A DNA stretch of 64,000 nucleotides from an uncultured Phycisphaerales bacterium. GTDB taxonomy: Bacteria; Planctomycetota; Phycisphaerae; Tepidisphaerales; Tepidisphaeraceae. The translations under genes and the position numbers were made by a program. Positions 1 through 9,559 of the stretch are shown here, piece after piece. The first letter of the stretch is position 1. Every line of letters begins with the position of its first letter. The stretch lies in contig CAVWVQ010000001.1 in assembly GCA_963758525.1 (NCBI GenBank), forward strand, positions 352,001 to 416,000, in the 5' to 3' direction. The notes under the pieces were generated by a model. It saw nothing but the letters and a program-made list of their open reading frames with translations. It was not told where the DNA came from and did no database searches.

Positions 1-66
1 TCAGGGTTCAGGGAAGAATGGATCGCCTGAACCCTGACACCCTGAACCCTGAACCCTTACTGAACC
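1..66. repeat. Inverted pair of short tandem 7-8-mer repeats (TCAGGGT / CCTGAAC), cut by the window edge
   Basis: tcagggt-tcaggga followed by cctgaac-cctgacac-cctgaac-cctgaac. Confidence 0.7.
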
Positions 67-90
67 TCATTTGGCCCCAAGCTCTTTCCA

Positions 91-1080
91 ATGCTTACAC
101 CAACAGATCTTCTATACGGCGTGCTCCTTCCGTTCGTGCTGGCGACTGTCATCCTGCTGGTCGCCTGGCGACCCTGGAGAAGAACGGGCAGGGCGCCGAG
201 CCGTTGGGGCGGACCGCTCGCGGCCGGTATGACGTTCGCCGGGACATTTGCACTGCTGCAGGGGCCACTCCATGTGCTGAGACCGGGCAGCGCAACTATG
301 TGGCTGTTCTATCTTGACCTGGGATTCATGCTCCTCGGGCTGGCTGATTCGATACTGCAGCTCCCTCACGTCGTACGTGGCATCGTGCTGTTTGGCGGCG
401 CCGTGGCGGCGGCGGGGTTGCTGCTGAAATTCAACTTCTCCAATCAGACGTGGGATGCGTTGCACGGCGCTCTGTGGCTCGGCGGGATCGCCGCGATCAC
501 GCTGTTGTGGTGGGCATCGTTTGAGCAAGCAGCCGTCGGAGGCGGGATGACCGCTCCGCTCGCGATGGCGGCCGTCAGCGGCGTCAGCGCGCTGATCATT
601 GCGGTACTTGTCGAACAGACCACCGGGCAGGCACTGGGGGCGATGGCGGTTGCGTTGACGGTTGCAGTCGTTCTGGCGGCGTGGGCGCGGCGCGCTTCCG
701 TCGAGCGTGGAACAGCAATGGTGGTCGCCGGCATCGGCGTCAGCGCGCTGGCGGCGGCGTACTTCATTTCATCGCTGCCGGTTCAATACGTTTTGATTCT
801 CGCGACCGCTCCGGTAACACTTTGGGTCGGCCGAATTCCCGCCATTCGCCGATTGCGCCCGTGGCCGCGCGTCATGGTTCTCATCGGATTGCTGCTCATC
901 CCCCTTGGAATCGCCGCAGGGCTGGCAATCGCCCAGGCGAAACGTGACGCGACACTGAATGGCGACCAATATTCGTTCGATTCCTTCTCTCCTTACTATT
1001 CACAGTGCGCTGGGCACTTGGGAGGAAGTTTTTCGGATTTGCCGTTAATGCCGAATTTAACGACGCTGTCGACGCACTAA
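91..1080 (+). CDS. Multi-pass membrane protein of unknown function
   Basis: 329-aa ORF with about 10 hydrophobic segments; the last ~35 aa look non-coding, so the true end is uncertain. Confidence 0.75.
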   Translation: MLTPTDLLYGVLLPFVLATVILLVAWRPWRRTGRAPSRWGGPLAAGMTFAGTFALLQGPLHVLRPGSATMWLFYLDLGFMLLGLADSILQLPHVVRGIVLFGGAVAAAGLLLKFNFSNQTWDALHGALWLGGIAAITLLWWASFEQAAVGGGMTAPLAMAAVSGVSALIIAVLVEQTTGQALGAMAVALTVAVVLAAWARRASVERGTAMVVAGIGVSALAAAYFISSLPVQYVLILATAPVTLWVGRIPAIRRLRPWPRVMVLIGLLLIPLGIAAGLAIAQAKRDATLNGDQYSFDSFSPYYSQCAGHLGGSFSDLPLMPNLTTLSTH

Positions 1081-1390
1081 GGTTCGTTTACCCGGCTGAG
1101 ACGCAGCGCGCTTGAGCGTCATCTCACACCCGAGGAACGAGCGCATTCTTGGACGTCTTGCGGTGATCGACCCTCTGCCGATAATGAAATGAATCGCGCG
1201 ATGACGCGCCCTTGCGGAAAATCGCCTGTTCTCGGGGCAGCCGCTCAACGAGTTTCGGAAGCGCGGAATCACGGAAGTTTTTGACCGCCATATCGTACTG
1301 TATCTATATCCAGACGCCGCGCCCGGGAGTCCCGGAAAGTCGCCGAGCGGGGATTCGGGGCGTGTTCTTAACCAACTTTGAGGTGCTGAA

Positions 1391-2038
1391 ATGTTCGTGG
1401 AATTGCTTGAAGGTCGTACTCTGATGTCAGTCACACCGGTCAACACAACGGTGAAGATCGACCGGCTGGAAGTGAAGGCGGATCTGCTCAAGTTTCGCTC
1501 CGACCTCGCTTCCACCAGTGCGACGACTCTCGCTGACGTTGACACGCTGCGCAATGACGGGCTGAAAAATGACGCAGCTCTGAAGCCGCTGTTCAAGACG
1601 TTCCGGTCCGACGTGAAGAAGATGCATATGGCCTTGTTCTCTGACAATCTGAATGAGAGGGTCAACGTTTTGACGGATCAACTGGCGATCGTCAGAGAGC
1701 AAATTCAGATCCTCAGGGATCATGGGAATTCGACCGCGCTGACCGCCGATCGCGCGAGCTTGCTGGCCGATCGCGTGAAATTGCAGACCGACGAAATCGC
1801 GGGTCTCGACTCGCGCATCACCACCCGGCAAACGTTCTTCACAACTTTGTCGAACGACATCAATAATCTGGTCACCGCCGCCGAATCCGATCCCAACGCG
1901 TCGCCGCAGTTGCAGACGGATATTTCCAAGTTCGCGACCGATCGCAGCGCTACGTTGGCAACGCTGAGCGATGATCTGTCAACCATCGCTTCCGCCCGCA
2001 CGCAGCTTGCGGGAGACCTGATGGCGCTGGAAACCTGA
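1391..2038 (+). CDS. Putative secreted alpha-helical protein with planctomycete LEPR-XLL-like N-terminal motif
   Basis: Starts MFVELLEGRTLMS; GAGGT SD-like sequence upstream; amphipathic D/L/A/T-rich body. Confidence 0.8.
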   Translation: MFVELLEGRTLMSVTPVNTTVKIDRLEVKADLLKFRSDLASTSATTLADVDTLRNDGLKNDAALKPLFKTFRSDVKKMHMALFSDNLNERVNVLTDQLAIVREQIQILRDHGNSTALTADRASLLADRVKLQTDEIAGLDSRITTRQTFFTTLSNDINNLVTAAESDPNASPQLQTDISKFATDRSATLATLSDDLSTIASARTQLAGDLMALET

Positions 2039-2077
2039 TCGCCAACGGCGGTTTTCGACGTTTAGTGAAGGCCAAGC

Positions 2078-2120
2078 GGCATCCATCGTGATCGACCATT
2101 GCGTCGGCGCGATGGATGCC
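2078..2120. terminator. Inverted repeat, possible terminator after 1391-2038
   Basis: ggcatccatcg ... cgatggatgcc, no clear U-tract. Confidence 0.35.
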
Positions 2121-2262
2121 GGCATTTTCGGCCTATCCCATTTCGATCTCCGTCACGACGGGTGCGTTCTCCGCCGCTCAAATCCGCATGAGGGGCGCCT
2201 CCACAAAAGCGCGCGGAGATGCAAAGTTGCCAAGCACTGGCTCCTGGATTTAAGCTTCCGGC

Positions 2263-3699
2263 ATGGCAATTGACTTTAGCGCTCTTCGCAAACAACTCGT
2301 CGCGGCCGGGCAGGAGCAGGTGCTGCGATTCACGGACCAACTGGATCATGCGGGGCAGGCACAGCTTGCCGCGCAGTTGATGGCGTTGGAGCTGCCGCGG
2401 ATCGCGGAATTGGCTGACGCTTACGTTCGGCAGAAGCCGGAGGTGAAGCTGCCAGTGAAGATGGATCCGGTCGATGTCTACCCGCGCGAGCCGGGGGAGA
2501 AGCATCGCGCGCTCTATGCCGACGCGCGGAAGAAGGGTGAGGAACTGCTGCGGGCGGGGAAGATCGCCGCGTTTCTGGTGGCCGGGGGACAGGGGACTCG
2601 GCTGGGGTACGACGGGCCCAAGGGGGAGTATCCGGTCACGCCGATCAAGAGCAAGCCGCTGTTCATGGTGTTTGCCGAGCAGTTGCTGAACCACGAGCGG
2701 ACCTATGGCAGGCGCGTGCCGTGGTACGTGATGACCAGCGATGTGAACGACGCGCCGACGCGGGCATTTTTCAAGAAGAACGCCTACTTCGGCTATTCGC
2801 CGGACGATGTGATTTTTTTCCAGCAGGGAATGATGCCGGCCTTTTCGATGGACGGGAAAATGCTCCTGGGGGCGAAGGACTCGCTGGCGCTCTCCCCCGA
2901 CGGGCACGGCGGAAGCCTGCGGGCGTTGCAGCGCAGCGGAGCACTGGCCGACATGCGGCGTCGGGGCGTGGAGCATCTTTCGTATTTTCAGGTCGACAAC
3001 CCGATGGTCTATTGCATCGATCCGCTCTTCATGGGCCTGCACGCGCTGACGGGCAGCGAAATGAGCAGCAAGATGGTTCCCAAGGTGGGACCGCTGGAAA
3101 AGGTCGGCAACTTTGTCTTCGCGGACGGCTCCGTGCAGGTGATCGAATACAGCGATTTGCCCGACTCGTTTGCGAAGCAGACGAATCCCGATGGGAGCCT
3201 GCGATTCGACGCCGGGTCGATCGCGATTCATGCGCTGGCCGTCTCGTTTGTCGAGCGGTTGAACACCGGCGGCGATCTGAAGCTCCCCTGGCATCGCGCG
3301 GAGAAGAAGGTTTCGCATGTCGACGAGAAGGGGCAGATGATCAAGCCGGACAAGGTGAACGCGGTGAAGCTGGAGCAGTTTGTTTTCGACGCGATCCCGC
3401 TGGCGAAGAACGCGATCGTGTACGCGACGGAGCGCGCGGAGGAATTTTCGCCGGTGAAAAACGCCGAGGGAGTCGACTCCCCCGCCACCTGCCGGCGGGA
3501 TCAGATCCGTCGCGCGGCGCGCTGGCTGAAATCCGCCGGCGTAAGCATCCCCGAGGAGAACAACGAGCCGGCCGCGACGATTGAAATTTCGCCGCTGTAT
3601 GCGGTGAGTCCGGAGCAGGTCCGGCAGCGCACCGGCAAGGTGGAGGTGAAGGCGGGATCGGTTATTTATTTCGGAGGCAACGGGGTGGAGCAGGCGTGA
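2263..3699 (+). CDS. UDP-N-acetylglucosamine pyrophosphorylase-like protein (UDPGP type 1 / UAP1-like family)
   Basis: Motifs LVAGGQGTRLG.DGPKG, PDGHGG, QVDNP, KLEQFVFD, EEFSPVKN. Confidence 0.92.
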   Translation: MAIDFSALRKQLVAAGQEQVLRFTDQLDHAGQAQLAAQLMALELPRIAELADAYVRQKPEVKLPVKMDPVDVYPREPGEKHRALYADARKKGEELLRAGKIAAFLVAGGQGTRLGYDGPKGEYPVTPIKSKPLFMVFAEQLLNHERTYGRRVPWYVMTSDVNDAPTRAFFKKNAYFGYSPDDVIFFQQGMMPAFSMDGKMLLGAKDSLALSPDGHGGSLRALQRSGALADMRRRGVEHLSYFQVDNPMVYCIDPLFMGLHALTGSEMSSKMVPKVGPLEKVGNFVFADGSVQVIEYSDLPDSFAKQTNPDGSLRFDAGSIAIHALAVSFVERLNTGGDLKLPWHRAEKKVSHVDEKGQMIKPDKVNAVKLEQFVFDAIPLAKNAIVYATERAEEFSPVKNAEGVDSPATCRRDQIRRAARWLKSAGVSIPEENNEPAATIEISPLYAVSPEQVRQRTGKVEVKAGSVIYFGGNGVEQA

Positions 3700-3732
3700 C
3701 GCAAGTCGCGACGCGAAGCTCGAAGGAGTGCT

Positions 3733-4202
3733 TCAACGCGCTGGCGCCGGATACAGCCGATCGAACACGGCTCGATCCGATGGATCATCCAATCGCTCAG
3801 CGGCCGACTCGGCGAGCTGATACTGGGCGCGTGCTTCGTCGATCCGCCCGACGGCAGCGTAAGCCGCTGAGGCGCAGCCATGCGCGGTCGCCCGGTCAAA
3901 CGCGGTTTGGGCGTCGCCAGCGTTGCGACTCAGGGCGAGGCACCGCTCCGCGTGCCGAACGGCGGCTTCGCCCAGACCGGCCCTGGCATATGCGGTGGCC
4001 AACAGACATTGGGCTCGCAAGTGGTTCAGAAGACCGCCTGCTTCGAGCCAATGAAAGCAGGCTCCGTGGGCGGCGTGGATCATGCGTTCGGCATCCTCTG
4101 CCGACCGTTGCTCCGCCTCCGCCAAGCTCCAGGCAATATATTGTTCAGCTCAACGGCGAACCATCGGTGAGCGGTTTTCAGATCGAAGGGTGGTTTGGCC
4201 AT
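3733..4202 (-). CDS. Conserved hypothetical helical (TPR-like) protein; frameshift near 4138
   Basis: MAKPPFDLKTAHRWFAVELNN joins IAWSLAEAEQRSAEDAERMIHAAH across an extra AT in aacaatatattgcc. Confidence 0.7.
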
Positions 4203-4225
4203 AGCACGCGCTCTGATTGGCAATT

Positions 4226-4552
4226 TCAAAGGTTCGCAATCGCCTGTAGCGTCTCGCGGGTCTTCGGGCCGAAACGCGAGATCTCTTCATCGGTGAGCAG
4301 CTGCAGCCAATGCATCCGCGCAAGCTGCACCATCGCCGTGGAACGGCGCGGATTGTTAAAGGAATTTGCGATCTCGTCGTCACCGAGATGCAAATGCTTG
4401 AAAACAGCCAGGTATCGCTCGTGGCTCGATTGCTGCGATTGCGAGGCAATTGATGTCATCTCCGACAGAATGCCTTCGCAGAGACGCTCCAAGGCAATCG
4501 CCCGCAACTGGCGGAAGATCTTCCAATCGGATTCAGGCATTTCGAGCGACAT
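4226..4552 (-). CDS. Conserved hypothetical protein (ESDWK.FR.L...ALER type)
   Basis: 108-aa ORF with protein-like composition, directly upstream of 3733-4202. Confidence 0.75.
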   Translation of the reverse strand: MSLEMPESDWKIFRQLRAIALERLCEGILSEMTSIASQSQQSSHERYLAVFKHLHLGDDEIANSFNNPRRSTAMVQLARMHWLQLLTDEEISRFGPKTRETLQAIANL

Positions 4553-4661
4553 GTGAGGGAAACGCTGCCGGACTGCGACCCGGATGAAATATCACTCCGA
4601 ATGAATGAGTGTGACCACCCGAACCAATGGGCGAGGCGACCATCATGGAGCGTCTTGCGCA

Positions 4662-4719
4662 TTGTGGTGCAGGCTTCCAGCATGCCCTTTAAGAAGCAGG
4701 CTGGAAGGCTGCACCACAA
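4662..4719. repeat. REP-like palindrome family C (TGTGGTGCAGGCTTCCAGCCTGC), inverted pair
   Basis: Related copies at 22296-22356, 38020-38076 and 48851-48874. Confidence 0.85.
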
Positions 4720-4884
4720 CAAGACGAAGATGCCTCGTACACTCGACTTGGGCCCACGCCCGCGTGTGCATTCAATTGCGTCGCACGCGAACCGATCCGC
4801 GTTCCAATTTCACGGCCGCTTTCTCCTTGCGACCCGTTGCGATCGCGGGGATGCTCCGTCCCAACGATCGCGGTACCGAATCCA

Positions 4885-6198
4885 ATGGCAAATCCACAAC
4901 CGTCGCTAGATGCGGCTAAAAATGCAGATTTGGACGGCCCGGCACTCGCCTGGTGGACCGGCACGCCGCTGTATCTGCGGATCCTTGCCGGGCTGGCGCT
5001 CGGCGTGGTCGTCGGGATGCTCGTGAAGCATCACAATCAGGCGTATGGCATCGCGCCTGACGACAGCCGACTGCTCGCAATCCTCTATCAGCCCAGCACC
5101 TTAATCCTGAAGGCGCTGGGCGCGCTCGCTCCGCCGCTGATCCTCGTGGCGGTGCTCGACACGCTGATCAAAGCGCGCCTTGCCGGAGGCGTGGCGCGGC
5201 GGATGGCGTTCCTGCTCGTGCTCAATACGGTCATGGCGATCCTGATCGGCCTGCTCGTGGCCAACGTGATCCGGCCGGGAGCCTGGTCGAAGATCGATCT
5301 GCCGACCAAGGCAGCGGCCGTGCAAACCGGGCACCACGTCGACCCCGTGGCAGAACTGCTGAAGAACGTCCCCGAAAGCCTGCTCGAGCCGCTCGTCAAC
5401 AACAATGTGATCGGGATCATTCTCATCGGCATTGCCTTCGGCGTCGCGCTGCGGCGTCTGCCGGCGGAGGACCGGGCGACGGCCGAGAGCATGGTGGGGG
5501 TCGCGTTCAAGGCGATTGTCATCGTGCTGCACTGGGTGATCGAACTGGTGCCAATCGGCGTTTTCGGCATCGTCAGCCATGTGGTCGGCACTGCTGGATT
5601 CGCGCCGTTCAAGGCGCTGGGCGCGTTTGTTCTGGCGGTATTGATCGGGCTGTTTCTGCAGCTCGGATGGTATCTGACCCGCATCGGCCTGGGCACCTGG
5701 CTCCGGCCGGCGCGAGTGCTGGCCGGGATGAAAGACGCGATCGTCATGGCGTTTTCCACCGACAGTTCCACCGCCACGATGCCCGTCACGTACGCCTGCC
5801 TCAAAAATAACGTCGGCATCCGCGAGGAATCGGCCCGCATCGGCGCGCTGGTCGGCACGAATTTCAATAACGACGGCACCGCCCTCTACGAGGCCATGGC
5901 CGCCCTTTTCGTCTCGCAACTGATCGGAATGCATCTGGGGCTCTGGCCTCAGGTCCTGGTGGTGCTCACGAGCATCGTCGCCAGCATCGGCGCGGCAGGC
6001 ATTCCCGAAGCCGGGCTGGTGACGATGACACTGGTGTTCGGTGCCGTCGGCCTCCCTCCGGAATACATCGGCATGCTGTTGACGGTCGACTGGTTTCTCG
6101 ACCGGAGCCGAACCGTCGTGAACATGATGGGCGACGTAAACGTCAGTTGCATGCTGGACGGGAAAACGCCGCCGGGGGAAAGCGTCATCCCCGGTTAG
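4885..6198 (+). CDS. Dicarboxylate/amino acid:cation symporter (DAACS/SDF family)
   Basis: AFSTDSSTATMP, GTNFNNDGTALY, ASIGAAGIP, DWFLDRSRT motifs; many TM helices. Confidence 0.93.
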   Translation: MANPQPSLDAAKNADLDGPALAWWTGTPLYLRILAGLALGVVVGMLVKHHNQAYGIAPDDSRLLAILYQPSTLILKALGALAPPLILVAVLDTLIKARLAGGVARRMAFLLVLNTVMAILIGLLVANVIRPGAWSKIDLPTKAAAVQTGHHVDPVAELLKNVPESLLEPLVNNNVIGIILIGIAFGVALRRLPAEDRATAESMVGVAFKAIVIVLHWVIELVPIGVFGIVSHVVGTAGFAPFKALGAFVLAVLIGLFLQLGWYLTRIGLGTWLRPARVLAGMKDAIVMAFSTDSSTATMPVTYACLKNNVGIREESARIGALVGTNFNNDGTALYEAMAALFVSQLIGMHLGLWPQVLVVLTSIVASIGAAGIPEAGLVTMTLVFGAVGLPPEYIGMLLTVDWFLDRSRTVVNMMGDVNVSCMLDGKTPPGESVIPG

Positions 6199-6303
6199 CC
6201 GCGACGCGAAGCGGAGCGTGTCCAGTGGTGCGCGCTTATATCTTCATGCGCGAGGCGCGAAAACGCGCCGTTGGACACGCTCCGCTGCGCGTCGCGGCTA
6301 ACC
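6193..6303. repeat. REP-like family A (GGTTAGCCGCGACGCG.AGCGGAGCG), inverted pair overlapping the DAACS stop codon
   Basis: Arms 6193-6224 and 6272-6303; other copies at 18695-18803, 21190-21218, 33708-33739. Confidence 0.9.
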
Positions 6304-6383
6304 GCAGCGAAACAAGCGAGTGAGGGGCACGCAGGATCCGCGGGTATTCATCCGACAGTTACCGTCCCGCGTTTGCGCTGCTT

Positions 6384-6482
6384 CCCCCTCCCCTGGTACG
6401 CCGGGGGAGGGTTGGGGTGGGGGTTCGTCCGTCCGGCGGGCCATCGGGCGATTGAGGAGTCCCCGCCTGAAACCTCCCCCCA
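6384..6482. repeat. Palindromic repeat family B (CCCTCYCCYGGTACTCCGGGRGAGGG; translates as PSPGTPGEG)
   Basis: At least nine related loci in this window. Confidence 0.85.
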
Positions 6483-6524
6483 GCCGATTTCATCTGCTAT
6501 AGTCCCTGCTCACGAGAGGAGCCC

Positions 6525-7085
6525 ATGGAGACTGTGATTCGCGGCAAGGCGTATGTGTTGGGCGATAATATCGACACCGACCAGATCATTCCGGCCAAGT
6601 ATCTGTCGTTTGATCCTTCGCTGCCGGACGAGCGGAAGTATTTTGGCATGTATGCGATGAGCAGCGTGCCGAACGGGCAGATGGGGCTGCCGCGGGGAGA
6701 CATCCCCTTCGTGCGGGAAAACGAATTCAAGAGCGATTACCGAATCATCGTTGGCGGCAAGAACTTTGGGTGCGGGTCCAGCCGCGAGCACGCGCCGCTG
6801 GCGTTGGCCGAGGCGGGCGTGCCGTGCGTCATCGCCGAGTTCTACGCGCGCATCTTCTTCCGCAACAGCGTCAACGGCGGATATCTGGTTCCGCTGGAGT
6901 CGGTCGAACGACTCGTTTCCAAGGTCCATACCGGCGACGAGCTGGAAGTGCACGTCATCGACGGATATGCGGTCAATCTGACCAGGAACGAACGCTACGT
7001 GCTGCGCCCGCCGGGCGAAGTGCTGCCGATCATCGAGGCCGGCGACGTTTTCAAATATGCGAAGCTGGCCGGGATGCTGAAATAA
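6525..7085 (+). CDS. leuD: 3-isopropylmalate dehydratase small subunit (LeuD/HacB type)
   Basis: GDNIDTDQIIP, NFGCGSSREHAP, YARIFFRN; AGGAG SD and TGcTATAGT extended -10 upstream. Confidence 0.9.
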   Translation: METVIRGKAYVLGDNIDTDQIIPAKYLSFDPSLPDERKYFGMYAMSSVPNGQMGLPRGDIPFVRENEFKSDYRIIVGGKNFGCGSSREHAPLALAEAGVPCVIAEFYARIFFRNSVNGGYLVPLESVERLVSKVHTGDELEVHVIDGYAVNLTRNERYVLRPPGEVLPIIEAGDVFKYAKLAGMLK

Positions 7086-7090
7086 TTCGC

Positions 7091-7723
7091 ATGTCTGGAC
7101 CCGACGTCATCCTGATTGAGCACCCGGTCATCGCCACCAAGCTCGCGGAGTTGCGGGACGCCACCACCGACCATCGGCGGTTTCGATCACTGCTCGACGA
7201 GATCGCCACGCTGATGGTCTACGATGTGACGCGCGACTGGCCGACTCGGCCGCAGCCGATCCAGACGCCGCTCGAACCCACCATCGCCCACGTGCTGGCC
7301 CGCGATGTCACGATCGTTCCCATCCTCCGCGCGGGCCTGGGCATGTCCGACGGCGTCCTCCGCATTCTTCCCGAGGCGCGCGTCGGCCACATCGGAGTCT
7401 ATCGGGATGAACGGACCCTCCAGGCCGTCACCTACCTTCAAAAGCTTCCGCCGGACATTGCATCCACCGAAGTGATTTTGCTGGACCCGATGCTCGCCAC
7501 CGGCGGCAGCGCCTCTGTCGCGATCGCTCTGCTGAAGAAGGCCGGCGTGCAGGCGCTTCGTTTTGTCTGTCTCGTGGCCGCCCCGGAAGGAATCACGGCG
7601 GTCCGCGCCGCTCATCCGGACGTGCCGATCTACTGCGCCGCGATCGACCGGCAGCTCAACGAGAAGGGCTACATTCTGCCAGGGCTGGGAGACGCGGGGG
7701 ATCGGTTGTTTGGAACGCAGTGA
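7091..7723 (+). CDS. upp: Uracil phosphoribosyltransferase
   Basis: VPILRAGLGM, LLDPMLATGGS, YILPGLGDAGDRLFGT. Confidence 0.96.
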   Translation: MSGPDVILIEHPVIATKLAELRDATTDHRRFRSLLDEIATLMVYDVTRDWPTRPQPIQTPLEPTIAHVLARDVTIVPILRAGLGMSDGVLRILPEARVGHIGVYRDERTLQAVTYLQKLPPDIASTEVILLDPMLATGGSASVAIALLKKAGVQALRFVCLVAAPEGITAVRAAHPDVPIYCAAIDRQLNEKGYILPGLGDAGDRLFGTQ

Positions 7724-7793
7724 GGACGGGAAAGGTTGCGTGGGAGGAGCGAGTAACGGCGATGCGAAGCGGCAAGGCGCGGGGCGCGGACTA

Positions 7794-8060
7794 GGCTCTG
7801 TCTGAAAACCCTAAGTCCTCACGACGGCTCAGAATGGCTTTGGCCGCTAGGCGCCCTGGCGACATCAGGGTCCGTAGACCCTTTGAGCCGGGGCAACGAC
7901 GCGGACGAAGCCATTCTGAGCCGCCTCCGGTGGGCCGGATTCGATCCGCCTGCTTCGTTGTCGCCCCTTGATGGCTCTACGGAGCCGGACTGCGGGGCGA
8001 CGCCTCGCAGTCGAATCGAATCCGGCCCATCGTGAGGGCTTGGGGTTTTCAGACAGAGCC
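7794..8060. mobile_element. MITE-like element, 267 bp, ~31-bp terminal inverted repeats, flanked by TA
   Basis: Left GGCTCTGTCTGAAAACCCTAAGTCCTCACGA; right end reverse-complements to GGCTCTGTCTGAAAACCCCAAGCCCTCACGA; TA at 7792-7793 and 8061-8062; no credible ORF. Confidence 0.7.
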
Positions 8061-9278
8061 TAATACGCCCGCACCAGCCGAGAGCCCGGATACGCCGTTG
8101 TCGCGATGACTTCGTGGCGGATCCCTCGCGTCGCTTCGGTTTCCGCGCACCACTGGCATAACCCCACGCCGTGACCGAAGCCATGGCCGTCAATGAGGCG
8201 GATCGTGGAGACTTCATTCACGGGCTTGAAAAAGCTGCTGTAGATGGTCGGGCCGGTGCCGGCTTCGGTGTTGAAAGCCTGGCGGAAATCTTCGCCGGCG
8301 AGGCTGAAGCGCATGCCATGTGAATCGGTGACGACAAATCGCACGGGCCGACCCCACCTGTTCTCGAACTGAGTGTCGACGCGCACCACATCGCCGATGG
8401 CGCGTTCCGCTTGATTGTGAAAAGCGCCCAGGCGCGGATGCGGCGGCCCAGTTCGACTTTGGCAATCACCACCGGGCCCCAGTTGAAGTGCGGAGAGTCG
8501 GCACAGCGAGGACCGATGAGCTGATCTGAAAGGGGCGGGGTTGCGGGATCGCCGAAAGCGTCGGCCGCTGACTGCGTGATTCCGCCGCAGCAGGAGCTGA
8601 AGTACGCCTTGAAGATGCGCTCGTGTCCCGGCGCGCCGTAGCCGAGCACGATTCCCATCGTTGCATCGACGGCCTCGCGCAATTTGGCGCTTTCCGCCGA
8701 GATCCCGCCATAAACCTGGCTGCGCTGATCGCAAAAGAGGTCGAACTCGTGCCCGAGACCGGTCATGCGCGCTTCGTAGAGGGCGTACGTGCGCGCTACG
8801 ATCGCCTGGGCTTTGTACGCTTCTTCGTGCCAGCTGGGATATAGCTCGCGCGAGGACGCCCTTGAGGTAATCCTCGATGTTGACTTCGTTGACGACGTCG
8901 AAGTGATCGTTGCTGACGGGAACGAGGCGAAACTTGCCGTGATACGGCTGATCGTTGACTCTGACGGACCCATCGACGGCCGGCGCAAGGGTCAGGGATG
9001 CGCGGAAGCGTCAGTGTGCCGATCGTCCAGCCGGCGGGCGTCAAGGCGACCGGCACGCTGCCGCTTCCCGGGAAATTCATCCGCTGCGCGGGGCCGTCGC
9101 CAATGTGAACTGTCGGTGATTCGGATGCGCTCAACCGAGTCTGCAGGCGGTTCTCACCAATGAGCACGCGGACGACAGGGGTGCCTGCAGGCACATGCGA
9201 CGGTTCGGGCCCCTCGCCGCAGCCCAGCAGCAGCGAGCAGACAATCAACAGCGGCAGAGTGAGTCGTCCCATCGGCAT
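8060..9278 (-). CDS. SpoIID/LytB-domain lipoprotein (several frameshifts)
   Basis: Lipobox LLLGC; EAYKAQAIVARTYA, DQRSQVYGG, YFSSCCGG, GFGHGVGLCQW spread over different frames. Confidence 0.88.
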
Positions 9279-9388
9279 CCGTGCCCTCGGGGAAAGCCTG
9301 TCTCGTGCTCAATCGAGCTTCCGCAAGAATCCGAGCCTTCGGAGCACCTCAGACTCGGCGTGGCAGGCGATCTGAGCTCCGCAATTTA

Positions 9389-9506
9389 CTCCCTCTCCTG
9401 GTACTCCGGGAGAGGGTTGGGGTGAGGGTGATTTCGAGCACCAGCGGCGCCAGGCGCTCAAAATCACCCTCACCCCCGCCCTCTCCCGGAGTACCAGGAG
9501 AGGGGT
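9389..9506. repeat. Family B inverted pair
   Basis: ccctctcctggtactccgggagaggg ... ccctctcccggagtaccaggagaggg. Confidence 0.9.
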
Positions 9507-9559
9507 AAGCTGCTCGCAATTCCGAATCGAATTCTAAAATAAATCGGGAGCAAAAATTA

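Noticed and set aside
1125..1292. 55-aa minus-strand ORF (MAVKNFRDSALPKL...)
   Set aside because: No recognisable family or SD; more likely the promoter region of 1391-2038.
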